Below, piece after piece: positions 49,871 through 62,929 of a DNA stretch of 64,000 bases (positions are counted from its first letter, which is position 1; each line of letters starts with the position of its first letter). A model generated the notes under the pieces. It was not told the DNA's origin. It did not search any database and saw nothing but the letters and a program-made list of their open reading frames with translations. A program made the position numbers and the translations under genes. This DNA comes from Pristiophorus japonicus (taxonomy: Eukaryota), in the NCBI RefSeq assembly GCF_044704955.1, contig NC_092006.1, positions 5,394,001 through 5,458,000 on the forward strand, written 5' to 3'.

Positions 49871-52800
49871 CACAGCAATGTGATAATGACCCGGATCATC
49901 TGTTTTAGTGATGTTGGTTGAGGGATAAATATTGGCCCCAGGACACTGGGGAGAACTCCCCCTGCTCTTCTTCCAATAGTCGCCCCGGGATCTTTTACAT
50001 CCACCCGAGAGGGCAGACGGGACTCGGTTTAACGTCTCATCCGAAAGACGACACCTCCGACAGTGCGGTGCTCCCACAGTACTGCCCCTCAGACAGTGCG
50101 GCACTCCCTCAGTACTGCCCCTCCAACAGTGCGGCGCTCCCTCAGTACTGCCTCACCGACAGTGCGGCGCTCCCTCAGTTCTGCCCCTCCAACAGTGCGG
50201 TGCTCCCTCAGTACTGCCCCTCCGACAGTGCGGCACTCCCTCAGTACTGCCCGTCCGACAGTGCGGCGCTCCCTCAGTCCCGCCCCTGTAACAGTGCGGC
50301 TCTCCCTCAGTACCGACCCTCCGACAGTGCGGCTCTCCCTCAGTACCGCCCCTCCGACAGTGCACCGCTCCCTCAGTACTGCCCCTCCGACAGTGCGCCG
50401 CTCCCTCAGTACTGCCCCTCTGACAGTGCGGCGCTCCCTCAGTACTGCCCCTCTGACAGTGCGGCACTCCCTCGGTACTGCCCCTCCGACAGTGCGCCGT
50501 TCCCTCAGTACTATCCCTCTAACAAGATTAAGGCAACTTTCTGAAATCAGGAGGAGGAGAGAGAGGCGGGGAGGTTTGGGGAGTGAGTTCCAGAGCTTGG
50601 GGGCCCAGACAGCTGAAGGCACGGCCGCCGATGGTGGAGCGATGGAAATCGGGGGATGGGCAAGCGGGCAGAATTGGAGGAGGGCAGAGACCTCGGGTGG
50701 GGGAGGGGCGGGGTTTGTCGGTGACGGAGATAGGGAGGGAGAGGTGGCCAGGAGGGAGTTGAACACGAGCACGAGAATTTTTAAAAGCGGGGCGATGATG
50801 GACTGGCTTGTAACAAGGATTACGAGGTTGTTCCTGGATGGTCACGAGAATTCTCTGTCTTTCTCGCCCCCTCCCCCCCCGCCCTCACCGCCCAGCATCT
50901 ACGTCTGGGTTACGGTCAAGCTGCCCCGATACGAACTCCAGGAGACTGAGATCACACAGTTCTGGTGGGGCTTTGAAACAGCGCAGCATGCCATCAGAGT
51001 GGGGAGGGGGAGGGGGTGTGTGGGGCGGAGAGATGGGGTCTTGGTGTGGGGGTGAACATCGCTACAGCTGCACTCTGTGGCTTTCTGAGTCAAACAGGCC
51101 TGACTCCAAGCGACATAGACAGAGCCATTGTCTCGGTGAATAAAGGCCCAATTCACAGCCCTGTTATTGAGCACAGTGCTACATTAATTTACAGCGCACA
51201 AACTGCCCTTGTTGTCCACAATGTGAACCTCACAGGGGTGCGTTTCAAGCAGATGCCGCACACTGAATGAGCGAAATTTAAACCGAAGGGACGTCTCGGC
51301 CGAGGGAGCCGCTTCTATGTTCGGACTACCTTCCAGAGGGAGTGAACCCGAGTCAGATCCTCGAAGCACAGGCGCAAAAAAACCGCAAGAAACAGGAGTC
51401 GGCCATTCGGCCCCTCGAGCCTGCTCCGCCATTCAATGAGATCGCGGCTGATCCGATCATGGACTCAGCTCCACTTCCCCGCCCGCTCCCCATAACCCTT
51501 CACTCTCTCATCGTTCAAAAATCTGCCGGTCTCCACCTTGAATATATTCGATGACCCCAGACCCCACAGCTCTCTGGGCCAGAGAATTCCACAGGTTCAC
51601 CAGATTCATCTCCGTCTTAAACGGGCGGCCCCTTATTCTGAGACCATGTGTCCCCTCGTTCTAGATTCCCCCACGAGGAATTTTTTTTTGCTCCGGGGCA
51701 GAAACCGCCCGATGCATACCGTGATGACGTCGTTGTCAAATAGAGACATCATTATTATTCACAGGGAGAAAGATTGCAAAGTGCCGCAGTACAGCGGGAC
51801 CTGGGGGTACTTGTGCATTGAAACACAAAAGGATAGTATGCAGGTACAGCAAGTGAGCAGGAAGGCCAATGGTATCTTGGCCTTTATTGCAAAGGCGTAT
51901 GGAGTATAAAAGCAGGGAAGTCTTGCTACAGTTATACAGGGTATTGGTGAGGCCACACCTGGAGTACTGCGTGCGGTTTTAGTCTCCATATCCACCCTGT
52001 CCAGCCCCTTCAGAATCTTGTACATTTCGATAAGCTCACCTCTCATTCTTCTGAACTCCGATATGTACAGGCCCAACCTGCTCAACCCTTTCCTCATAAG
52101 ACAACCCCCTCATCTCCGAAATCAACCGAGTGAGCCTTCTCTGAACAGCCTCCAATGCAAGTATATTCCTCCTTAAATACGGAGACCAAAACTGCACGCA
52201 GTACTCCAGCTGTGGCCTCACCAATACCCTGTACAGCTGTAGCAGGACTTCTCTGCTTTTATACTCTGCACCCTTTGCAATAAAGGCCAAGATTCCATTG
52301 GCCTTCCTGATCACTTGCTGTACCTGCATACTAACAGTTTGTGTTTCATGCACAAGTGCCCCCAGGTCCCTCCGCACTGCAACACTTTGCAATCTTTCTC
52401 CCTGTGAATAATAATGATGTCTCTATTTGACAGCGACGTCATCACGGTATGCATCGGACGGTTTCTGCCCCGGAGCAAAAAAAAATTCCGGGAACGCCGG
52501 GACTGAAGGCGTGCCGGGCGGTGACAGGGATAGCTTCACGGGGGCTAAACATGGCGTCCGTGTGCTAGCGGGGCGCCCGTTAAAGGGGAGGTGGCATGCC
52601 GCGAGCCATAGCCCCCTTGAACGTGGGCGGTCCGTGCCTCCATTTGCCATCTCCCGGCGCCGTGCTTGAGTTGCCCGGGGCTGGGGGGGGGCTGATTTGC
52701 ATGGCTCCCTCCCCCGCTCCCCAGTGGCCCAGGGAGAGCGCTGCTGGGCCTTCCCCTTTAATGACGGGAGCGACATAGACATCGACATAGATAATAGGTG

Positions 52801-52949
52801 CAGGAGTAGGCTATTCGGCCCCTCGAGCCTGCACCGCCATTCAATATGATCACGGCCGATCCCCTATCACAACTATCTCATATTTCCGCTTTTTCCCCAT
52901 ACCCCTTGATGCCTTTTGTTATATATGCGGACTATATCTATACGCTCCG

Positions 52950-55900
52950 TGTCGAGGAAATATTTAGCTTAAATTAACTCAGGCGGAGACTTTCAGAAGT
53001 GCACTTCGAGAGAATTTATTTTAAAAAGCGAGATATATCTCAGAGAGCCTGCTTGGACCGTACCAAGGCAAAAACTCTGCCATACAGGCAAATTGTCCCT
53101 ATCTTTATACAGAAATTGAATACAGAAATATAAAAGGAATCTTATTCATTAGTCCCGCGAGTACAAAGGTCGTCTCGGGAGGTACACACTCTATCAACCG
53201 AGACTCCAGGATGGTATGTTGCCTCCCTGGTGCAAGGGTCAAGGATGTCTCGGAGCGGGTGCAGGACATTCTGAAATGGGAGGGAGAACAGCCAGTTGTC
53301 GTGGTGCACATTGGTACCAACGACATTGGTAAAAAAAGGGATGAGGTCCTACGAAAAGAATTTAAGGAGCTCGGAGCTAAATTAAAAAGTAGGACCTCAA
53401 AAGTAGTAATCTCGGGATTGCTACCAGTGCCACGTGCTAGTCAGAGTAGGAATCGCAGGATAGCGCAGATGAATACATGGCTTGAGCAGTGGTGCAGCAG
53501 GGAGGGATTCAAATTCTTGGGGCATTGGAACCGGTTCTGGGGGAGGTGGGACCAGTACAAACCAGACGGTCTGCACCTGGGCAGGACCGGAACCAATGTC
53601 CTAGGGGGAGTGTTTGCTTGTGCTGTTGGGGAGGAGTAAAACTAATATTGCAGGGGGATGGGAACCTATGCAGGGAGACAGAGGGAGACAAAAATGAGGC
53701 AAAAGCAAAAGACAGAAAGGAGATGAGGAAAAGTGGAGGGCAGAGAAACCCAAGGCAAAGAACAAAAAGGGCCACTGTACAGCAAAATTCTAGAAGGAAA
53801 AAGGGTGTTCAAAAAGCAAGCCTGAAGGCTTTGTGTCTTAATGCAAGGAGTATCCGCAATAAGGTGGATGAATTAACTGTGCAAATAGATGTTAACAAAT
53901 ATGATGTGATTGGGATTACAGAGACGTGGCTCCAGGATGATCAGGGCTGGGAACTCAACATCCAGGGGTATTCAACATTCAGGAAGGATAGAATAAAAGG
54001 AAAAGGAGGTGGGGTAGCATTGCCGGTTAAAGAGGAGATTAATGCAACAGTTAGGAAAGACATTAGCTTGGATGATGTGGAATCTATATGGGTAGAGCTG
54101 CAGAACACTAAAGGGCAAAAATCGTTAGTGGGAGTTGTGTACAGACTTCCAAATAGTAGTAGTGATGTTGGGGAGGGCATCAAACAGGAAATTAGGAGTG
54201 CATGCAATAAAGGTGCAGCAGTTATAATGGGTGACTTTAATATGCACAGAGATTGGGCTAGCCAAACTGGAAGCAATACGGTGGAGGAGGATTTTCTGGA
54301 GTGCATAAGGGATGGTTTTCTAGACCAATATGTCGAGGAACCAACTAGGGGGGAGGCCATCTTAGACTGGGTGTTGTGTAATGAGAGAGGATTAATTAGC
54401 AATCTCATTGTGCGAGGCCCCTTGGGGAAGAGTGACCATAATATGGTGGAATTCTGCATTAGGATGGAGAATGAAACAGTTAATTCAGAGACCATGGTCC
54501 AGAACTTAAAGAAGGGTAACTTTGAAGGTATGAGGCATGAATTGGCTAAGATAGATTGGCTAATGATACTTAAGGGGTTGACTGTGGATGGGCAATGGCA
54601 GACATTTAGAGACCGCACGGATGAATTACAACAATTGTACATTCCTGTCTGGCGTAAAAATAAAAAAGGGAAGGTGGCTCAACCGTGGCTATCTAGGGAA
54701 ATCAGGGATAGTATTAAAGCCAAGGAAATGGTATACACATTGGCCAGAAATAGCAGCGAACCTGGGGACTGGGAGAAATTTAGAACTCAGCAGAGAAGGA
54801 CAAAGGGTTTGATTAGGGCAGGGAAAATGGAGTACGAGAAGAAGCTTGCAGGGAACATTAAGGCAGATTGCAAAAGTTTCTATAGGTATGTAAAGTGAAA
54901 AAGGTTAGTAAAGACAAACGTAGGTCCCCTGCAGTCAGAATCAGGGGAAGTCATAACGGGGAACAAAGAAATGGCAGACCAACTGAACAAGTACTTTGGT
55001 TCAGTATTCACTAAGGAGGACACAAACAACCTTCCGGATATAAAAGTGGTCAGAGGGTCTAGTAAGGAGGAGGAACTGAGGGAAATCTTTATTAGTCGGG
55101 AAATTGTGTTGGGGAAATTGATGGGATTGAAGGCCGATAAATCCCCAGGGCCTGATGGACTGCATCCCAGAGTACTTAAGGAGGTGGCCTTGGAAATAGC
55201 GGATGCATTGACAGTCATTTTCCAACATTCCATTGACTCTGGATCAGTTCCTATCGAGTGGAGGGTAGCCAATGTAACCCCACTTTTTAAAAAAGGAGGG
55301 AGAGAGAAAGCAGGGAATTATAGACCGGTCAGCCTGACCTCAGTAGTGGGTAAAATGATGGAATCAATTATTAAGGATGTCATAGCAGCGCATTTGGAAA
55401 ATGGTGACATGATAGGTCCAAGTCAGCATGGATTTGTGAAAGGGAGATCATGCTTGACAAATCTTCTGGAATTTTTTGAGGATGTTTCCAATAAAGTGGA
55501 CAAAGGAGTACCAGTTGGTGTGGTATATTTGGACTTTCAGAAAGCTTTCGACAAGGTCCCACACAGGAGATTAATGTGCAAAGTTAAAGCACATGGGATT
55601 GGGGGTAGTGTGCTGACGTGGATTGAGAACTGGTTGTCAGACAGGAAGCAAAGAGTAGGAGTAAATGGGTACTTTTCGGAATGGCAGGCAGTGACTAGTG
55701 GGGTACCGCAGGGTTCTGTGCTGGGGCCCCAGCTGTTTACATTGTACATTAATGATTTAGACGAGGGGATTAAATGTAGTATCTCCAAATTTGCGGATGA
55801 CACTAAGTTGGGTGGCAGTGTGAGCTGCGAGGAGGATGCTATGAGGCTACAGAGTGACTTGGATAGGTTAGGTGAGTGGGCAAATGCGTGGCAGATGAAG

Positions 55901-56962
55901 TATAATGTGGATAAATGTGAGGTTATCCACTTTGGTGGTAAAAACAGAGAGACAGACTATTATCTGAATGGTGACAGATTAGGAAAAGGGAAGGTGCAAC
56001 GAGACCTGGGTGTCATGGTACATCAGTCATTGAAGGTTGGCATGCAGGTACAGCAGGCGGTTAAGAAAGCAAATGGCATGTTGGCCTTCATAGCGAGGGG
56101 ATTTGAGTACAGGGGCAGGGAGGTGTTGCTACAGTTGTACAGGGCCTTGGTGAGGCCACACCTGGAGTATTGTGTACAGTTTTGGTCTCCTAACTTGAGG
56201 AAGGACATTCTTGCTATTGAGGGAGTGCAGCGAAGATTCACCAGACTGATTCCCGGGATGGTGGGACTGACCTATCAAGAAAGACTGGATCAACTGGGCT
56301 TGTATTCACTGGAGTTCAGAAGAGTGAGAGGGGACCTCATAGAAACGTTTAAAATTCTGACGGGTTTGGACAGGTTGGATGCAGGAAGAATGTTCCCAAT
56401 GTTGGGGAAGTCCAGAACCAGGGGTCACAGTCTAAGGATAAGGGGAAAGCCATTTAGGACCGAGATAAGGAGAAACTTCTTCACCCAGAGAGTGGTGAAC
56501 CTGTGGAATTCTCTACCACAGGAAGTAGTTGAGGCCAATTCACTAAATATATTCAAAAGGGAGTTAGATGAAGTCCTTACTACTCGGGGGATCAAGGGTT
56601 ATGGCGTGAAAGCAGGAAGGGGGTACTGAAGTTTCATGTTCAGCCATGAACTCATTGAATGGCGGTGCAGGCTAGAAGGGCTGAATGGCCTGCTCCTGCA
56701 CCTATTTTCTATGTTTCTATGTTTCTATCTTTCTATGTTTCTATCTGTCCCTGCATAGTTTCTTTCTGTTCACAGTCTGATAAGCAGAATAAAAGGAGAC
56801 TCCCTTTTAATACCAGATGGTCATTTAATTGCATCTCTAAGTTTCAAGGCTAAAAAAGCGTGGCTATTTTTCTAGTCCTATTATTTCTTTAAGCATAGCA
56901 AAAACAGAATTTAACCCTTCCCTTTTCCATAAGCCATAGATTCATAGATTCTTTCTTCCACA
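52950..56962 (-). repeat. ERV 3' LTR (~463 nt) split by a LINE insertion
   Basis: TG...CA termini, preceded by the polypurine tract AAGGAGGGAA at ~56964-56973. Confidence 0.85.
53196..56740 (+). mobile_element. Near full-length CR1/HER1-like LINE (ORF1 esterase domain plus ORF2 APE-RT), one stop at 54896-54898
   Basis: ORF1 SGNH-like motifs VHIGTND and DGLHL. ORF2 469+552 aa. The flanking CTATC duplication matches the uninterrupted 5' LTR. Confidence 0.93.
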
Positions 56963-57008
56963 ATTCCCTCCTTGTTGATCTTTTTATTTTTTAAATCAAC
57001 ACAATTTC

Positions 57009-58819
57009 CTATATTCTCTTCTTGAGCAAAAGGGGATTTATTACTTGACTAATTACATTTTTTAATTTTATCCACATTCCGCAAAGGATTATTAATAATA
57101 CAAGCATAACCACACCTACGATTACTATGGGGTGTATAGCAAGCTTCAGTACTGCTGTAGCTTTTGGGGACCATCCGGTAAACACATCCCACCAGTGGTG
57201 TACTTTCAAAGAGGTAACTTCATCTGCGATTCTCACTAGCTGCCCCTTCTTGTAACTCATTTCGACTCTAAATTGGTGGATGTCTCTGCCTTGCTTTGAC
57301 AGAGCTTCCTCAATTTTCTTGTCATTACGTATCAAATTGTGCAGTCTGGTCAAATTAATTACAGGGGGTAAGGGTTCAATCTTGTGCATAGACAGATATT
57401 TTTCTACATTTTGCCATTGCCCAAAGGTATAAGTTCTTTTTACTTCTGGGTCATACAGGGTGTAGACTCCTCTCACGCATTTATTAATGGGGGGTTTATA
57501 CAAAATTCCATCCAGATAGACAGGTTTATTTCCTGTCACACAGATCTCATTCTGTCCTATTTCCGTTATATCAGTGTCATTTGTTAGCTTTAATTCCCAT
57601 TTACATAGTCCAATGGAGTGCTGCAGTGAGCATGATTCGTGTATGGTGGTCTGATAGGGACATACCATTCCGAATGGCCACCTAGCACATCCCCTCTGGT
57701 GATGTGTCATATTCTTCTCATCGACCCAATCTCCTTTAAATTCTGGGTCCCAGAAGTTCTGTCCAAACAGCTGGGGCATTACTTGGAACTGACACCAAAT
57801 TTCTTTTCGTGTCATACTTACTATCTCTCCAGTAACGTTACATCCTTTTGAATTACAACTGGTATATCCTTTTTGAGGGCTAATGGTTAAATTAAGAAGC
57901 TTATCTCTTTTGTTAATTTCCAGCAACCTTTCCCATGTGTTAGCATGGAAGGATAATATTTTCCTTTCTAACTCGGCTCTTAATAGCTGTCTGATCATTT
58001 CTTTAAACAGGCAATGGGTGCACTTGTTTACTCCCTGTTGTTCTTTCATTAGGTTCTCTATTTCCTTCTCTATCCCTTCATTCTGTTGCCAGGTCATTTC
58101 ATTTATGACGTAACCTGATATCTGTAATTGCTGTAATCCTTCATCCCAGGCATTTCTGATCTTTATATCTTCCCCGACCAGTCCCCCGACGGCCTGGATT
58201 TTATTTTGTAGGGTCTCGATATCCATGGAGTTCAATGCTCCTATTCCTGCTCCCACTGCACCGAACACAGTCTCTAATACACTCCGTTTCTTTCTTTGGG
58301 GGCTTTCTTTTTCAAAAGATACCTTAACACTGGTTGTGTGGCAACCATCTTCTTTCTTTGGGGGATATTCACCGGGGTGTTATTCATGCACAACACCCGC
58401 TGCCCTTCTACCATACTTGTAAATGAATAACGGAGGAAGTCTTTTCTCTCGTCCCGCCCTCCTATGTACCCCCATCTCTTGTTTTTCCCTGTGCTTCAGG
58501 TACACTTCATCCACACATCGGCCTGGTATTCTATGAACAACTGATACCCTTTCCCCAATATAAATTGGAACTCCCCTCTTTCTTCCTTCATTCCACATGC
58601 CTCACATCATGCCGTAAAATTCCCCACCTTACAACTTTGGCCTACTGGGCATATAAAATTGCCTTGCTGCCTCATACTATTACTTCTTTCCCATACCATA
58701 TTTCCCTTCCATACTCTTCCTTCTTTTAGGACTTCTTCCTCCTGCCGGGAGTTCCCTGTTGCTAAAATGATCAGTATACCTAACGTCCATTTATAATTTT
58801 TCCAAGAGTCCCTTCCCAT
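57009..58819 (-). pseudogene. env: ERV env (signal peptide/SU disrupted, TM subunit open)
   Basis: Signal peptide WTLGILIILATG, furin site RKKR (58284-58295), fusion peptide FGAVGAGIGALN, heptad region and a C-terminal TM. Stop at 58380 and a frameshift near 58600. Confidence 0.85.
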
Positions 58820-59035
58820 CTTCCCTTTCTTGTTTGTTTCTATACCACTCTTGAATTAAGTCGTTACAATAACAACACGTCCACACGATAGTAACAGTGA
58901 CCCAAATAATAAAGGCCCAAACTGGCACACAAATGAGCTCTGACATCCATCCGTGAATTTTGGGCAATAATTTCAAGTCCAAATATTTAATACAAGAGCA
59001 GGTACAGTTCTTTCAGCGAGAAGATGGCTGTTTTC

Positions 59036-61730
59036 TTAGTCGGGCGACCGTAGTACGTCCTGGCTCAATGCCTTTTCCTTCGGCTGTAATTCGTCGGGGA
59101 AATGATATTTACAGCGGGTTGCATGCACCCAGTTCGGGTGCTTTTCCAACTTCAAAGCGGTTCGTGTTGTGAGAATTATCTGATACGGTCCTTTCCACCT
59201 AGGAGAAAAGGATTCTTTATTTAATGTTTTTACTAACACTTGATCTGCAGGTCTGAAAGGTGCATATTTCCTTCCGACGGGGCACCTGTGTCTGCTTTAT
59301 TTGTTCATGCAGCCTTCTTGCTATTTCACACATGGCCTGAGCATACTTTAGTGATTTTTCATCATTCCAAATTAATGCTATTTTTTCATCTGCCAGTGGT
59401 GGTTTTACGCCAGTAGGCATTGGTCTTCCCAATAAGGCTTCATGTGGTGTCAAATCAGTGTTTCGGTTTTTCTGGTTTCTCATTGTATACAATACTCATG
59501 GTAAGGCATCTGGCCACTTCAGTCCAGTCTCCTGACATACCTTGGTAAGGGTAGATTTTATTATCCCATTTACTCTTTCTACCATTCCCGAGGACTGTGG
59601 CTGATATGGTATATGTAACTTCCACTGGAACCCTAACGCTTCTGCAAGGTTTTGCACTATTTTTCCTGTGAAGTGTGTTCCCCTGTCACTGTTGATTCCC
59701 ATAGGTATCCCATATCTTGGTACTATTTCTTTAAATCGAATTTTTACTACTGTTCGGGCATCGTCTCTCCTAGTGGCGTACGCTTCCACCCACCTTGTGA
59801 ACATATCTACTATGACTAATAGATACTTAAGACCTGATACTGGAGGCATGTGGACAAAGTCAATTTGCAAATTTTCAAAGGGCATACTTGGTTGGGGTAG
59901 ATGATCATATCCAGCAGGTGTTTTACCTCTGTTATTTTGTTGACAAATTTGGCATGTCCTAGCAACTTTCTCAATTACTACTGTTATTCCTGGTGCATAC
60001 CACTGTGCATTGATAGCATGTATCATCCCTCCTTTGCCCATGTGAGCCTGACCGTGTGCTAGGCGAGACAGGGGCAAAAATAGAGATCTAGGGCAAACAG
60101 TTCGCCCATCAGGGTGATACCAAATGTCGTTTTTTAGAAAACAACCCTGGTTTTCCCAAGTTCTTCCTTCCTGCATGGTAACTTGTTGTTGGGCTGTTTT
60201 AAGTTGTTGGATGTCAAGTACCTGTGGAGGGGAGACTGAGACTGCTTGAAGGCAGTCTGCCTGTGCCGAAGCGATCTGTTTGGCTGCCTCGTCAGCCCTC
60301 CTATTTCCTACTGATACTTCATCCTCACCGGTTGTGTGAGCTGCACATTTGATAACGGCTACCTTACTTGGCAACTGAATGGCGTCTAATAGATTAAGCA
60401 ATAGTTGAGAGTGCTTAATATGCTTTCCACCAGAGGTGATAAAGCCTCTGTTTTTCCACAGTTGTCCAAAATCATGGACCACACCGAATGCATATCTAGA
60501 ATCAGTATAGATATTAGCAGTATGATCTTTAGCTATTATACAAGCTCTAGTGAGGGCAAACAATTCAGCAGCCTGAGCCGAGGTTCCGGGAGGCAGGGCG
60601 AATGCTTCAACAGTTTCGTGGGGATTTACAATAGCATAGCCTGCCAAAAACAAATCATCCGACGGCCTATGTGATGATCCATCCGTATAGAGAATAAGAT
60701 CAGGATTGTCCATGGGCTCTGTGAGCAAATCTGGTTTTGGTAAGGTGGCTACTTCCACCGTTAACAGACAATCATGCTGGTCTGGATCCTCTACTTCTTT
60801 AGCAGGAAGAAAGGTGGCTGGGTTCACTACCGGTGCACGTCGAAAGGTATAGTTAGGGTGTGACAGCAGTAATACTTCATAACCTGTTCTTTGAGACGCT
60901 GTAAAGTGTTGTGTGGCAGCTGAATTCAAAAGTAATAACACAGCATGGGCTGTAATGACAGTACATGGATGATCCAAGACAATAGGTACCGACTTCGCCA
61001 CCATGACCGCAGTAGCAGCTACAGCACGTAGACACGCTGGCATTCCCCTTACTACTGGAGGCAGCAAAACCGAATAATAAACAACTGGTCTATCTCCCCC
61101 ACCATGTTCTTGGGTTAGTACTGCTGTTGCAAATCCTTCTTTCTCATTCACATACATCTGAAAAGGTTTACCATAATTCGGAAGTCCCAACGCCGGAGCA
61201 TTAGTAATGGCTTTCTTTAACTGTTTAAATGCCTCCTCTCTCTCTGGGGTCCACTCCACCTTGGGTGGGGCATCATTTAGGGCAGCTGATCTTAGGACCG
61301 CATCCCATTCTCGATTCTTTCTGGTCCTAGCTGCCTCTGCCCTTGAGATACGTGAAAACCCAGGTACTGGACTTGAATCTGACAAAATTGTAACTTTGGT
61401 AACGACACTCGGTGCCCTCTTTCACATAGGTGCTGTAACAGTTTCAGGGAATCTTGCATGCACCTGTATCCGTGGCTAGAAGCCACAAGCAAATCCTTGG
61501 GGCAACCTGGTCCATGTGTACTGCTGCTTCTTGTGGGTGAAAGCAAACAGATACTGACTTTCTTGATTTAACGGGATAGAGAAAAAAGCTGAACACAGGT
61601 CTATCACAGTAAAGACAGTTGCTGTTGGTGGTATAGCAGATAGTATAATGTTGGTGTCCGGTACCACAGGGGTGATAGGGACTACTATCTTATTAATAGC
61701 TCTCAGATCTTGCGCAAATCTCCATTCCTA
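59036..61730 (-). pseudogene. pol: ERV pol: deleted RT, RNase H, integrase
   Basis: QDLRAIN, IDLCSAFFSIP, TRLPQGF, YTDGS, SAQAAEL, IYTDSRY, HHCC zinc finger, D-D-E core and GPY motif. Frameshifted, and the YxDD motif is missing. Confidence 0.92.
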
Positions 61731-61734
61731 CAAT

Positions 61735-62110
61735 CGGACCCATATCTTTAGGTTTCGCTGGCGGTTTTACAGCCAAGGTCAGATGGGGTGTCGAGTTCGC
61801 TTCTCTAAACCGCTGTTGCTGTAAGGGTGTCAATCGATGGCTACCCCCAATCCTTCTGGTCCAAAATAAATGCGGGGCGTAGCTTCTACTATTTCTTCTC
61901 TATTTAAAAAGGATTGTACCAGACACTGGTAAGTTTCAGCTTTTTGTCGAGTGTACCAGGCTGTACAGTGAAGCTGAACTGCCTCAAAATTATATACATC
62001 AATTCTTCAGTATTAGAGTCAAATTTAGCTTTTAAGTTTTGTATAACTTCATGTATCAAGGGGGAATAGAAGTTGCCATTCAATTGCCAACAATAGAGGG
62101 CAGCCTTTTC
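61735..62110 (-). pseudogene. 2H-phosphoesterase (CNPase-like) domain within pol, frameshifted
   Basis: LHCTAWY (61962-61970) and PHLTLA (61777-61785), the paired HxT motifs. Confidence 0.75.
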
Positions 62111-62182
62111 TTTGTTATCCTCCCTTTTCTCTTCTTTAATCCCATTAAAGAACTGATGGATTTTATTTGGAGGGAGCTGCAT

Positions 62183-62533
62183 TTACATTCCTTCCTTTGT
62201 GCAATAAATTGTGGCTCCTAGTTTGCACAAAGTCTGTCTTCCCAATAAAGGGAGCGGTGTTGTTTTAGAGACTATCAAAGTCTCATCATTAACTGATTGT
62301 CCTTCAATTATCAATTTGGTAGGTTCAGATAAAAATTCTTTCATGGGGATACCGGCCACGCCCAAACTTAAGACGGTGGTGTTGCTTACAGATAATCCCA
62401 CAGAGGATGGTACAGAAGGCATAGTAGCACCGGTATCCACCAGGAACTTCACATAAGTGTCTCCTACTTTTACTACTGCCAGAGGGTTTTCTTCTATGTC
62501 CGCTGATAGGCGGGGTGCTGCCGCCTGTACCAC
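62183..62533 (-). pseudogene. pro: ERV aspartic protease
   Basis: FLVDTGA and LLGRQTL motifs. Confidence 0.9.
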
Positions 62534-62929
62534 TCAGCCTCCGGGGCATCCCTATGCTGATTATTCTGTGCCTGTCCTCGTCCCTTTTGCTGATTTACTG
62601 ACCTGCTGTTTTAGCCTTATTTTCCTTATAGGTAAATAGTCCCTCTCTATCCATGTTAGCCAGTACTGTAACTGTCTCTTTCCAACTTTTTCCTTGCCAG
62701 TCCAAAACCTTTATTTTGTATGTTCTTGCTTGTTGTGGCAACATACAATTTAACAAGGTTTGCACTGCCAAAGGTTCATCTTTTACCCCTTTCCAAGAGG
62801 ACCCATATGCTGCCTGCAGTCATAATTTCACATCTCCAGGGAGGGGGTTATAAATGGTACAGGTTTGCTCAAGCCAGTTGTGAAAGGCTACTGGCTTCGT
62901 AACAGGATTAGGGGCGGCTGTTATTTTTT

